Shown: positions 1 through 12,624, counted from the first letter of the whole stretch. The stretch: 63,313 nucleotides of DNA, filler included, from Olpidium bornovanus S191 (GCA_017911155.1; 28 parts of 28 records of this genome joined end to end with filler, not necessarily neighbours in it), one strand, 5' to 3'. The notes: generated from the letters alone by a model not told the origin. Made by a program: numbers and translations.

Positions 1-101
1 CATGGCAAGATAAAAGATCACCAATCAGCGCCTCCCTGACCACACCCGCTATCCGCCTACGCAAAATTCAATCCCAACTGCCGTAGTGCCAAAAAACCGA
101 C

Positions 102-1389
102 CTTGTTATTTGTGATAAAGAACTGCACGGCCAGTTCGGCAATCTTTCGGACGTAATTGTGTCTCTTCTCTTCCCGCAGGCGAGAAAATCGCAGAGCGGA
201 CTGCCCTCCTCTGCCGTGCTTCTTGGGCAAGTCAACAGTCATCTTGTGCAGGATTTCCCTAGTGTTTCCCGCAACAGTACCGAAGAGTGTACCGTTGCCA
301 TCCATGACGATGAATCCAAACTTGGAATCAGACTCGAGGAGCTCCGAGAGCGCTTCAGTGTGAAACCGGTTGTCGCACATGTAGAGAGTAGTGTTGATGG
401 GCTTGAAGGGCTCGAAGTCAATGTTCACCTTCTTTTCTTTGCCCTCGTCGGTCATGATCGTCCCGCAGAATATGACAAGGCCATTAGGCGGGACTGAGAG
501 AGGCGGTGGGACGACATGAGGATATCAGAGCTGAAAACATTTTTTAGGGGGCTGCCCCGAGCAAGCCATAAAATCCTCGTCCTGCGCACCCTTGTTGTAA
601 AGCTTAAGTCGTTGTTGTGTCGACGTGATCGCCGCGAGGACGGATAACCGGTTCACTCTGCTCTTGATATTGGAGGCGGTACCGTACTCCTCCGCCAGCA
701 GCTTGGCTTGTTTTGTAATTTGGTCGCTCGGAGAAATGATGAGGGAAATCATCGATGTCCCGGCTCCCCGGGCGGCCTCTAAGGCCTTGATCATCTGCGA
801 GTGGCGGACGCCGTTGCGCAAACAATGACGCGAAAGCCGCGTCCGGGACGCACGGGAAAGAGAAGTGGAAGCAGAAAGCGATGTGTCAACATTTTCCCAC
901 AAGTGGCTTCCTCGTGGAAACCCAAAACGTAATTTCCAGCTTATTCGACGCTGTTCTTGGCTCTTAGGCAGCCAATGAGACCCTTAGTTGGAAACTCGCG
1001 CGTCGCAAGGTACGAGCTCTCCCAGACGGCAAGCGGTCGGCGCGCCCACGTGGTTTGCGGCACAACATTGCACCCCGCCGCTCTTGCTTCCGTGCGGAAT
1101 CGGAGTCAATCATCGTCCGCGCTTTCGCAAGGGGGGTTGCGACAGACGTTGGAGGAGACCGCAGAACAAGCCGCCCACTTCGTCCCGTCGTACAAGCTGC
1201 GTTCCCCTTTCCGGGTCTTCCACCCTCGTTCCATCTCCCCCGCCCGAAGTTCGTTCCTGCGGGTTCCACTTTCTGGTCTGCCTCCGCAATCCGTCTTCCA
1301 TCTACCCCCGTCCTTCCTTCCGCCCCTACCTTCTTCACTTTCCATATCTCGACCTGGTCCGCATTCTTGTCCTGACCCTCGGACGACAT
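102..1389 (-). CDS. SUP45: Eukaryotic peptide chain release factor 1 (eRF1), 5' part, 3'-truncated. Exons 1389-1330, 794-590, 493-102.
   Basis: Spliced translation [20 protein letters not shown]|[20 protein letters not shown]...[17 protein letters not shown]...YNKV|[11 protein letters not shown]...YMCDNRF...[13 protein letters not shown] contains the NIKS, YxCxxxF and GGQ motifs. Introns are GT..CAG. Confidence 0.97.
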
Positions 1390-1651
1390 TGCGGGTACAG
1401 AGCTTCCGGCGAGCGTCTCCGGGCGGCAGTCGGCAAAGAGCTCACGCGTCTCGCGCCGTCGGGAGACACAATTCGGGCGTCGATGCGGGAGGCAAGCAAG
1501 GGTAGACTTGCCCCCGCGCCTCTGCCTCCCGTTTCGTTTCTTTCCGGTCGAACGTTCCTTTTCCTCGCTGTCGCCTTCTCCCTATCCCGCCTTCTAGCCT
1601 TGTCTCTCTTCGTTGGCGCGGCGTCTGCCTGGCTCTCTCACTCTGTCTCTT

Positions 1652-1696
<45 letters not shown>

Positions 1697-2374
1697 TTCT
1701 CTCCCCCTCTCTCACTCTCTCACTGTCTCAATCCGCCGCAAGTTCTTTCTCGCTCTGGCGCTCTCGTCGCTCTGACCTCCCGGCCGGGAAACAGCGCCTT
1801 CGGCGCGGACTTCTCCTGGCCGTTCCGACGCCGCGCTTCCTCGGGGAAGGGAAGGAGGGGAGGCGGGGAGCGAGCGGGCGGCGGGTTGCGGATTCCGCCC
1901 GTTTTCGCGTTTGAGAAAGGCGGTCGTCGGTCAGCCGGTTGCGGGCCGGGGCGGGGCGGGTTGCGGCTGGCGGGGGAAGGGGAGGGTTTTGTCGGAACTG
2001 GGGGCCGAAAAAAAGCAACAAGAAAACCTTTGGGGGAAAAAAAGCACGTGACCGGCGGAAAAAAAGAGACCGGACTGGGGCACAGGGAGCAAGACCCGCA
2101 CGCACAGCGCAACAAAAGCCCCTGCCTACCTCCTTGCCTGCGGCGCCCTCCTGGCAACAAGCCTTGCCGTCTGGCACTTACGACATTAACAAACGACTTG
2201 GGAGGCTGCCTGCTGGAGAGTGTAAGTTGACGGTTTTCATGTTTCGTCCTTTCCATGTTTTGTCCACGCGGAATTCTGCCCGTTTGAGCTGTCTGTGCAC
2301 AGTTGGATCAGCGTTCCCGACAGGCGCGCGTGGCCGCGAACGTCCCCGCCTCCATCCGCGAGATGGCGATGACA

Positions 2375-2474
2375 NNNNNNNNNNNNNNNNNNNNNNNNNN
2401 NNNNNNNNNNNNNNNNNNTTAATTAATTAANNNNNNNNNNNNNNNNNNNNNNNNNNNNNNNNNNNNNNNNNNNN
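2375..2474. other. Artificial contig linker N44-TTAATTAATTAA-N44 (first of 27 identical linkers)
   Basis: Fixed 100-nt length and stops in all six frames. It recurs identically between all contigs. Confidence 0.99.
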
Positions 2475-2493
2475 ACATGCTGCCAATAATTAC

Positions 2494-3744
2494 CCTGGTA
2501 CGACAGACCTGCGATCCGCATAAACAGCTCCTTTTCCGTGAATTCCTCCGGTAGGTACAGCAACGCCGTCCGCAACGCGGAGGTGAGATTCTGAAGCTGA
2601 GCAGCGCGGACACGCGCGTCATCGCGGAGTACGCGGACCTAGTGCGGGTAGCGGCAGGCGAATCGTAACTATAACTGGCGTGCCCTTTCGAACCTCGCCG
2701 TATTCGAGCAGGATAGCCCGCGATCCCGTTGACTCACCGGCTTGTGCATTCGACCGGCGATGTAGAGGGTGTTCCAGTTCGTGAGGTCGTCACATATGTT
2801 GTCAATGGATGTAACGCCGTATTTGATTTCCTGATAATTGGTGAGGGAAGGCATTGCGCCGCACTTTGTTTCAGAGTTTTGTTCCTTCGGCACAGCTCAC
2901 TTCCAAATCCATCTTCGTGCTCGTTCGTTGCACACGGGCAATTGCGTTTGCCGCGGCGTTCGCGATGTAATATCTTGAAACCGCGCCGGCTGACCATTCC
3001 GTTCACATGCACGTATGGGTTGAAGTACACTCCCGCGCCTATCCGTTCTTGGAGAAGAGTGACAATCCTCGACCCGAGCCTGCCAAAGCTTGAGTAATGA
3101 CCGGGATTCTGGGTCAAATTCAGCGAGTGCCAGTGCTGAGGATGTGTTACCCCGAATATGAAGTCGGTCATGGGCTTAGCCTGCAGACCGGGTGGATAGG
3201 CGGCACCGGTCGGTAAGCTGCCGCCATTCGACGGGGCTCCTCGCATTTTCCGGCACGCGCAGGAACAAACCTTCGGGTCGTACCCCTTCTGAGCCCTAGC
3301 GCCGCTGCCGTACGCGAAGGCGAACCGTACTGGAGCGCGGAAAGTGTCGACGACAGATCGGAGGCGGGTCGCCGTTGGCTCCTCCCGGTTGACCTCCCGT
3401 GCGGCCAGAGAAGGGAAACGCGGTTCGGCGTGGTATCGGCGGCGGGAAGCGCCGGCGGCGACGGCTGCCGGCACAGTTCGAAGTTTTCGTCGCCGAACGA
3501 GGTGAAACTGTGGACTCTTCTGACTGGCCGACGGCGAAGACCGGCTCTGGGGCGACCGTCGCGGTCCGGCGAAATGACGCTCTGCGGCTGCACCGGGGGC
3601 GAGCGAGCAACGTCGAACCTGCGGGCCGTGCGGCAGCGCCGCTCCCGCGCCTCTCGCGGCCCTCGGCAGCACCGCCGGAGAGAAGCCTCCACGAGGAAGC
3701 AAGCCGCCGGCCGTCTTGGACAGCGGGGAGATCGCCGTCGGCAT
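2494..3744 (-). CDS. TAM41: Mitochondrial phosphatidate cytidylyltransferase Tam41, 3'-truncated, at least 4 exons
   Basis: Motifs VRFAFAYGSG, DFIFGVTHPQHWHSLNL, GAGVYFNPYV, IKYGV, LYIAGRMHKPV and VRVLRDD...NLTSALRTALLYLPEEF...IAGLSYQG. The start codon at 3744 is inferred. Confidence 0.93.
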
Positions 3745-4729
3745 TTTGCCGCAGGTGGGCGGAGGGGGCCGGGTTCCGATAGGCGGCGACGTGATACGTT
3801 TCGAAGCGGGGATGGGGAGCGGGCGCAGCTCTCCCTCTGTGCGCAATGGTTGGTGACGACGGCGGCCGAGAAATGATTTGACCCCGGTCAAGGAGGTACG
3901 GAGCTCCGCCTCCCCCGCAAAGAAGAGCGGGCTGGCGGCGGGCGGTTCCCTCGCCCAAGAACACCTCTACGCGGGTCGCGATGCGTGCAGACGGAAAAGC
4001 GCCGAGGATACACAGATCCCTTTCTCAAACACCGGACGCCGGCCAGTGGGGTTAGGCGCCTGCTCCGCGTGCACCAGATGAGGGACAGCTCGGAACGCGA
4101 CTGCGCCAAACCATCGCTTTCTGGGTCCGAATTCAGCGCTGCCCGGGAGCGCGGGCCGGCCCCTCCGGGACCGCACCCAAACCCGCAGGCGATTCCTTGA
4201 GCCAACACCAACGGCGAACGCGAATCCCGTGTTGGGTCATCACCGGATCAGCCACGTGCTGGGAATCGGGCCGGGACGGAATCGCCCCCCTTCCCCGCTC
4301 CCTTACAAATACTAGTGCTCCTCTGCTCGCGGCGGCGCCCGCACGCCTTCCGCTTATTCTCAATTTCGACTCCCATCGCCCGTCCGTCGGTGGCGATCGC
4401 GGGGGCGAATCCAGGAGTCCGGTGGAATAACCTCCGTATCTTGCGGCCAAACCGGCCGATCGAATTGGAGTCGACCCCAATAGAAGGTACCTAGCGCAAC
4501 CCACCGGCCTGCCCTTTGTTTCGCGTACATCTCCAGCCCCGAGTGGGACATCGGGGGCACCATCGCGCACCGGGCTGCCGCTCTTTCAAACTCGTGAGGT
4601 GCGCGATGCCGCCCAACTTCGAAAGACGCGCGCCGAACGACGTCGTCGAAATTAAATGTTTTCTCCCGGGTTACTGCGCAGAGCGTCCAAAAACCAGGTT
4701 CTGATTACGGCCGATCGAATTTCCCTCAG

Positions 4730-5039
4730 TTACCCGTGCGAAGTGGCGGGGCTTGGAGCCAAAGAGGCGATCCCGCCACCAACCTCTGACCTCCCCATCA
4801 AGTTCGGGACGGCGGCCGAGATAACCCCTCCGGATCCGCCGTACTCAGCGACGGAAGTAACAAGATTTAAAGCCGTCCCTCCCTGAGCCCCGGCGCCGGC
4901 GGGCGAGGGCGTTTGAGGCCCCAGGGATTTAAGTTCGTCGGTAATTTCGGTAAGGTCGAGCATAAACTGCTGAATTTTTTCCAGCTGGACGGCGGTCTCG
5001 GTGGTGTTGTTTAACCGGTTGTTCAGGTGGAACTTCATG
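4730..5039 (-). CDS. C-terminal fragment of an unidentified protein
   Basis: Open frame from the contig edge to a stop (KFHLNNRL...QFMLDLTEITDELKSL...) with protein-like composition. No family recognised. Confidence 0.3.
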
Positions 5040-5139
5040 NNNNNNNNNNNNNNNNNNNNNNNNNNNNNNNNNNNNNNNNNNNNTTAATTAATTAANNNNN
5101 NNNNNNNNNNNNNNNNNNNNNNNNNNNNNNNNNNNNNNN

Positions 5140-6846
5140 CCCATGATATGCCTCATCGGCACCAAAGGCCGGATGTGCCTCCAAAGTGAATGCAGGCGTC
5201 CGCGCGTCTGCCGTGCCAACGTCCTCGTGTTTCGACTCGGTGGCTTCCCCGAGCTCGGGAGTTTCCATCCGAATTAACCTTGGCGACGGTTCATTTTTTG
5301 AACCGCGGAGGTCCGTTGCCTGCACCGCGCTCTGCGCGAGTATTCCAGTTGTCGAATCTTCGTCTGTTTGCAGTGCTGCGTTTGGAAGCTGGAGCGCTTC
5401 CGTAGCGGGTTGCGCGATCGCCAGGGCGCCCGAAGCGGTTCCGCCAGGAGCTGCTGGGTACTGAGTTAGAGCAGCATTTGTCTTCGGCTCTATAAGTGAG
5501 GTTTCTTCGTTTTTGGAATCCAATTGCACCTCTGGAATAAGTAAGGCGTGTCGTTCCGACTGCGCAGCATGGCTTTGACCGTCCTGCGGCGCCGAGGATA
5601 TCTGTTCGATGGGCTTGACCGGAATAGGCTCTGGCAGTTGCGAAAGCTGACTTGATTCCTGTTCTGAGCCCTGCGCATCTTCGCCACTTGCTGAGGTTTC
5701 GTACTGCGCGGCATGGCTTGGCCAGTCCGGCGCCGCCGAGAACGTTTGTTCACTGGGCTTGACCGGAAAAGGCTCTGGGAGTCGCGGGAGCCGACTTGAT
5801 TCCCGTTCTGAGCCCTGCGCATCTTCGCCACTTGCTGAGGTTTCATACTGCGCGGTATGGCTTGGACAGTCCTGCGCCGCCGAGAACGTTTGTTCACTGG
5901 GCTTGGCCGGAATAGGCTCTGGCAGTTGCGGGAGCCAACTTGATTCCCGTTCTAGATCCTGCGCATCTTCGCCACTTGCGGAGGTTCCGTCGAGGCTACA
6001 CGACGGCGCTGTACAAGTTTCTGCTATCCAGGGACCATCAATGATGCTGTGGATAGCTTCCGCACCTCTCGCCGGTTCTGCAACGGGGGAAAAAAGGCGA
6101 CATATGGCCGCCGGGACTGGCTGGCTTTCTCTGGTTTCCATCGGGGCATGTGATTCCGGATGGCCTTCGCTTTCTACCGAATGAACGTCGGCAACCCGCG
6201 AAGTTCCGGCGGTTTGGTCCGCATGTCCTCCCTCAGAGGTCGGAAACGAAAGTAAATCCTCAGTTTGTTCCACAGTGAACGGGGTTTCCCAGTTGGTCCT
6301 TCCGGCGTGGGAGTCATATCCGGCCGACAGCACCGCCGCGGGCTCATCCACTCCGGTCTGGGAAGGTTTTTTGGAAGGCTGCGGGGCGACCTCAATGCTC
6401 GCTGTTTGCCAATCTTTCGCTAGAATCAGCGAGTCGCGTTTCTTGGCCACGGCTTCCTCGGGAGAAACGGTGACGCAAGCGGCAGGCGTTGGAAGCGGTT
6501 CAGCTCCCGAAACAACTGGCGACTTTTCCCCTTGGATGCCTTCGCCAACTACCCAGGTAACGGCTGGGTCCCCTGCAACACTGCCTTCTGCCGCAGGCGC
6601 GGGGGGCGAACAAGAGGCTTGTAGCTGGAGTGGCACATCCTCGAAGCCCTGTTCGCCAAATGCGTAACCGGCTCCCATGCGCCGTTCTCCGCTGTCAGGC
6701 TCGCGTAGTTCAACATTCTGGGCTTCCGCTGCAGGATCCGGGATTTTTGCCGTGGAAATAAAGCCTGGCTCGTCTGGTTGCAAGGCTTCGTTTGATGCTC
6801 TTTTGTCGGTAGCTGGAGCAGGTGATTGGACTCCGTGTTCATTCAC
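5140..6846 (-). CDS. Large acidic, Ser/Pro/Ala-rich low-complexity protein with 48-aa repeats (partial)
   Basis: Stop-free frame of about 1.7 kb running to the contig edge. The in-frame 144-bp repeats preserve the frame. Confidence 0.55.
5554..5985 (-). repeat. Three tandem 144-bp (48-aa) repeats
   Basis: The anchor CTGCGCATCTTCGCCACTTGC starts at 5671, 5815 and 5959 (period 144). Unit is TSASGEDAQ.SE.ESS.L..LPEP.P.KP.EQ..SA..D..SH.AQ.E. Confidence 0.95.
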
Positions 6847-7467
6847 AATGTTTTCTGTCGAAAGCGGGGCAATCGGAAGTCAATGTTTTACTCAAGAGGA
6901 ATCATTGGGAACACATGGGAACATGATTTAATAGCTCACCTTCGTTTGAGGATACTAGTATGCCTTCACCGGGAACTTCCTGCTGCGCCCCTGCCGACGA
7001 TTGTTGTAGATCAGGATGCGATATTTGAGAAATGCTCTTCACNNNNNNNNNNNNNNNNNNNNNNNNNNNNNNNNNNNNNNNNNNNNTTAATTAATTAANN
7101 NNNNNNNNNNNNNNNNNNNNNNNNNNNNNNNNNNNNNNNNNNCATGCCCCCCCCTCCCCCCCCAACACACCAAAGGCGTTCTCAGAAAAAAAAAGATAAT
7201 CCACTATAAAAGCTGAATCGTAGAAACGGGGAGACTAAAGAGATATTAGGTAAACTATAAGCGGTCGAGGATAGAGCGGTACACACAGGGACGCCTCTCA
7301 CAACCTGATACAAAAAGGGACACGAAAGGGAGAAAAAAAGAAACAAACCAACCCCCCCCCCCCCCCCGCCCAACCTCTTTCGCCCTATCACGTCGGAAGA
7401 CGACCCTCCCTCCCCCCCCCTAGGCCACCGACCCCACGGCGTTACGGGTATCCAGAACAAACGCTCA

Positions 7468-9180
7468 CTATACAGCCCTGGCCGCCGTGTTGTTCTGCGG
7501 GGCCGGATCCGGTTCCGGACCCTCCTGCTGCTGCTGCTGCGGCGGCGGCGACGGCGGCTGCTGCTGCTGTGGCTCCTGCGGTTGTTGGTGGTACGGTTCG
7601 GGCTCTTTGTCATCCATTATCTCATCATCCTTGCTGGACGACGGCAGGCGCTCGAGCAGGCCGCCAAGGGCCCGCTTGACGTCGTAAACGTGGCTCCGGT
7701 AAACCTGCTTTTCGAGTAACTCTTCGCGGTACAGGTCCTCGAACAGCTTCAGCTTCCGCTCCAGGCGGCACTTGGCCGCCTCGGCTTCGTCGCGCTCGAC
7801 GCGGAGGGTGTCGATACGCGCGTTTAGTTCGCGCATCTGGGCGACCGACTGCCGTTTGTACTGCTCGAAATCCTCCCTCAGCCGCGCCGGAGCTGAAGAT
7901 GACGGCGAGAGCGGGGAGTGCGACGTTGCAGACGAGTCCTGTCGGAAAGTCGCAGCAGACGAATGCCGCCACGAAGATGGAGAGGAACCCGGAGGGACTC
8001 CGGAAAAGCAACCTAACGAAGGCTCCTTCCTAGATGGCTTAAATGCGAAGGTGAGCGAAGCCCGGTCCGCATTGTTCGCCAGTTCCGAAGAGCTGCGCGA
8101 AGCTCGCTGTGGCGGTGGCAAGCGCGAAAAAACTGAGCCCGACGAAAGATAGAGAAAAAAAGAAAAGAAAAAGCGGGGTCGCAGGAGGCCGGCGGAAATA
8201 ATGCGTCTTTACCATCTTTCCGACTGTACCGCCAGCGTCATTGCCTCGATCGCGTGAGTAGGGCGCGTGGTCGTTTGAGCGTCTATGATCCGTGGGGCTT
8301 CCAGGATACGGTTTGCGCTGCTCGGAAAGATGGAACGGATAGAGCAGAGCGGTCACCGCCGGCGTCTCCGTGCGGCGAAAACCCTCCGGAAAAAGCCCTT
8401 TCTTCCGCGATCCCCAAAAGCAAGTCAGGAAACACCAACCCAACTCCCTTCATTTGGGCCTTCTCTCCTCCTGGAGTTGCTACTGGACTCGACCATCATT
8501 TCCGACTCAAAATCGTGGGAAACTCTGACGTCAAAAGTGTAACCCTCGATCTCGACCGACCGAATGTCTTTCGCGGCGGCGTACTCGGGTTCGGCGCCCT
8601 CGTTGAAGTAGACCAGGATCTCCTCCTCCTTGAAACCTACATAACGTCCCGCCGCGGGCCAGAGCTGCACTTAGACCAACAGAATATTTTTTTCCTTTTT
8701 GTCGGTGGTGCAGCACCCGCCCCCCTCACGGTCTCCCACACCGCGTCGTACAGATGTGCGCCCAGGGCAGGTCGGGGATGCCAAGCTTCTCCTTTAGCTC
8801 TTTGATCGCGTAGCGATGGATCTTCCCGCGCAGCGTGAGCAGCCCGACGGCTCTCGGCTTTTCCGTGGCGTGAACGTCGTAGTACCTGTCGCGCTCGGTG
8901 TAGCGCCAACTCCTGCGCTGCTTCAGGGCGTCGTGCAGGTCGTCCTCGCAGGCGAAAGTGACTGTGGCATTGCAAGTCACGGGGTCCATGAAAACCCTTG
9001 CGTCGGGGAACGTGTCCTTGAGATCCCGCCAGGGCCCGTGCATCCGCCAGTCGCCGCCCTCATTCGGGATCCGCGGGTAGCCGACGACAAACAGCCGCGG
9101 TTCGGAGGAGTGTTTGGTCATCGCCGAGTCGCTGTAATAGTACGCTTGGTCGCCTTTGCTGATCGAACACCCAAGGCTCC
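7468..9180 (-). CDS. Multi-exon hypothetical protein: two possible degenerate RRM-like domains, then a coiled coil and a Q/P-rich tail
   Basis: Same-strand exon blocks at about 9180-8755, 8669-8445, 8317-8213 and 8106-7468 with GT/AG-compatible edges. Segments RLFVVGYP..LKDTFPDARVFMD..ATVTFACEDDLHDALK and GFKEEEILVYF..SVEIEGYTFDVR resemble RRM folds. The heptad segment is LREDFEQYKRQ...LERKLKLFEDLY. Confidence 0.5.
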
Positions 9181-9725
9181 CTGGGGAGAAGACGCAAGGG
9201 AGTTGAGGTCAGAAAGGAGGAAAAAAATGAAAAAGAAAAGAAAAAAAAAAAGAAAAAGAAAAAAAACGCCGAGGCCGCGACGCGTTCCGTTGGCGCCCGG
9301 GGTTGAGACTCCGGGGGGCACCAAGGGGAAAATCACCGTTTCGGCGCGCCTCGCTCCTGGCTCGGCGGGACCCGGGGGAGCGGGCGGCGGCGTCGCTGCG
9401 GCCGAAGGCGAGGGCGCCGCCGCTGCCAGACACGAGGCGCTGCCGCTTTGCCGCCCGTTCGTGGCTGTGTCCCCCCGCCAGCTTTGGCGGCTATCACGTT
9501 CGCCGCCGCCGCCGCCGCCGCCGCCCGCCGCCGTCTTTCTTCCCTCCGCTCGGGAGGGGCGTGCGGCCGCGGGGGTCCGTGCGTCGTCCGCCCGCCGTGG
9601 GGAGGAGGAGGGGCTGCGCGCGGTGCAGAGATGGGAGAAGCGCCCGCGCGCCCCGGGCCAGCTCAGAAAGAGAGACAGAGAGACAGAAAGAGGAGGGCGG
9701 GCGGGGGGTTTTCCTTTTTCCGTTT

Positions 9726-9770
<45 letters not shown>

Positions 9771-9990
9771 CCCTTTCCCCCCGCCGCCCGCCGCCGTTCC
9801 CCTCCCGCACCCACAACGAACGGAACGAAACGAAACGGAACGAACCATCGAACGAACCATCGAACGAACGAACGAACAACAACACTTTAANNNNNNNNNN
9901 NNNNNNNNNNNNNNNNNNNNNNNNNNNNNNNNNNTTAATTAATTAANNNNNNNNNNNNNNNNNNNNNNNNNNNNNNNNNNNNNNNNNNNN

Positions 9991-11605
9991 CATGCAAGTC
10001 CACACGTTCGTCACCGTCATCTGGTTCCTTGTCAAAGTTCCGGTCTTGTCGGTGGCGAGAAGCGTGATTGCGCCAAGGGTTTCGACACCCTGGAGGTCTT
10101 TAATGAGCACGTTTTGCTTTGACATCCGCTTGGCCGCGATCGTCAGGAGCATCTGTGTAGTAACCGAGATAAGCGATCTGCACGGCTTCACCCGATCAAA
10201 AGCTCCCGAGGTGCAAACGCACCGTGACCGTAGCCGGTAGCCCTTGGGGGACGAAAGCGACAAGGACGCCGATGGCGAAGTTGATGTTCTGGGACAGCAC
10301 GGAGTACACGGTGAAGCTGATCCCGAAGAAGATGATGGCAAAAACGATGGCGATGGCGGCAGTGATTTTAACAAGGTGATCGATTTCCATGCTCATCGGC
10401 GACGGGTTCTTTTTCTCTTTTTGGGTCATTCCCGCGATCTGCCCCAGGACGGTGTTATCGCCGGTGCGCACGACCACGCCGTAACCTTCGCCGGCGACCA
10501 CGAGAGTGCCGTTAAACGCAAGGTTCGGCGCCTCCAGCGGGTTGTGCGCGCCCGCGGCATTGCGGCCCTTGCGCTCTTGCGGTTCCGACTCCCCGGTCAA
10601 GCTGGAATTGTCGACCTTCATTTCCGACGTGTGGAACAAGGCCAGATCCGCCGGAACCTTGTCTCCGAGCCTCGTGAAAACCACGTCGCCCACCACGAGA
10701 GTCTGGGCCTGCACGCTGCTGAGTTTCCCGTCCCGCATTGCGGTAGCATTCGCCGGAATCAAGTTCATGAAGCCTTTGAGAATCGCCGCAGATTTTGCCT
10801 CCTGGTAGTACTCGATCGCAGCGTTGAGGAATGCAACCCCGACGAGGATCGACCCGTAGATGATCTGTGGAGTTCATAAGGTTGTCAAAAGTGTTGAACC
10901 GTCTGGAGCTTGCTACCGTTGAACTCGTCAACTCAAGCCAGAACCCCGCTATCACATACCGAAGGTTTGTTGCCAACAGGGTCGACCGCAAGCAAAAGGT
11001 AGTTGAGTACGCCGGAGACAAGGAGCAGAAGATTGAACAGGTTGCATAAATATCCCAAGAACACCACGAAAGCAGATTTGTCCTTTGGTGGGGTGAGGCG
11101 GTTGAGGCCGTTCCGCTCAAGGCGCTCCTGAGCGTCGGCCGACGCCAGGCCGTGGGATTCGCCGGGCGCCTCGATGTTGACGCTGGTTTTGTACCTGGCC
11201 GCAAGTTCCTCCACGGTCAGCAAGTGCTCGTCCTGCCAAAGGCGGAGGCGGTCAGGTTTGAACGAAACACGGGGCATTCGAGTCAGCGTTTGCAGGCAGG
11301 TCGAGTCGTACCCCACGCCGACGATCGCGCCCGGTTCACCGAGGCACGATCAACCCACACACCATCGCAACGGCCTGCTCGCCGGCCTTCCCCTTTCCCG
11401 AGCCGCCTTCCTTTGGCCTGTCCGAGGTCGGCACCCGCGTCAGGGGCAGCGACGCGGGCGCCGGCCTCTCCGGCTTTTTCTGTTCCGCGAAGGCAACCTG
11501 CGAGGCGGACGTCGATGCGGGCTGCTGCACATCGAGGGTCGGTGCGGCAGCCGCCGGGGACAGCGAGTCGCCCGGCCCGGCGCCTGCTCCGTTCTGCTCC
11601 GCCAT
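9991..11605 (-). CDS. P-type ATPase, type IIC-like (Na+/K+- or H+/K+-ATPase alpha family), N-terminal part, 3'-truncated
   Basis: DEHLLTVEEL..GL..ERNGLNRLTPP, KVDNSSLTGESEPQ, TGDNTVLGQIA, VPQGLPATVT, ETLGAITLLATDKTGTLTRNQMTV (phosphorylation motif DKTGT). Confidence 0.93.
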
Positions 11606-11844
11606 CCTGCCGGACGACGACGACGGCCTTTGCGCCAGCGGCGGCGGGCCCTCTCTCGCCTCTCGCCTTGCGTGCGCTTTGGCTGGCGGAGGGGAGAAGT
11701 GACGGTGTGCGGGCGACCGAGGTGGGGGGGGGGGGGGGGGGGGGNNNNNNNNNNNNNNNNNNNNNNNNNNNNNNNNNNNNNNNNNNNNTTAATTAATTAA
11801 NNNNNNNNNNNNNNNNNNNNNNNNNNNNNNNNNNNNNNNNNNNN

Positions 11845-11882
<38 letters not shown>

Positions 11883-11986
11883 AAAGAAAAACCGCGCAAC
11901 CCCCTCCCCCCCACTCCCCCTTCCCCGCAAACCCAGGGAGGAAACAACGCCACCTCCGCCCCCATTCAAAACCCTCCCCCTTCGCG

Positions 11987-12585
11987 ATGGCGTCGCGTTC
12001 GCCCGTCACCTGCCACGTCCTCGACCAGGCGGCGGGACGCCCGGCCGCCGGCGTGACGGTAACGCTCGAGAAGCTTTCCTCCGCCGTGCCGCTGGCCGCC
12101 GCGGCCCGCGGCGGCCCGGCCGACTGGGAGGTCCTCGCTGTCGGGTGAGAGCGACGGCCGGGGGCGTGTGGGGGAGGGGGAGGAGGCGGGGGTGGCGTTT
12201 TTTTTTTTTTCGCTTTTTTTTTTTGGTTCTTTCGCATCTTCCCGACGCCTTCGCCTGCTGACCCGGCTCGCCCTTACCGCGCTCGACTCTGGCCTTCTTC
12301 GGGCACCCCCTCCGCGGTTTCGGAAGACGGACGGACGCGGACGGCCGTTGCACCACTCTCCTCGACCCGGCGGTGCCGCCGGACGCAGGCGTGTACCGCG
12401 CGACCTTCGACGTCCAGGAGTATTTTGAGGCGCGCGGGACGCAGACGTTCTACCCCTTCGTGCAGGTGGGGGGCGGGGAAAAGGGGGGAAGCTCTTTTTT
12501 TTTTTTTTTTTTTTTTCCGAGAAAATATTTCCTCAGATTTTCTTCGGTTCCTGTAAACGAAACGGCCGGCGGGAATGAGCGGGAA

Positions 12586-12624
<39 letters not shown>

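Noticed and set aside
590-794. Possible stop-codon reassignment signalled by eRF1
   Set aside because: TASNIKS and YxCxxxF are canonical, and complete genes here end in TGA (HIUase), TAG (ATP7) and TAA (GPH1).
2419-2430. Palindromic TTAATTAATTAA recurring 27 times, superficially like regularly spaced repeats
   Set aside because: It is a synthetic six-frame-stop linker embedded in N runs, not a CRISPR array or genomic motif.
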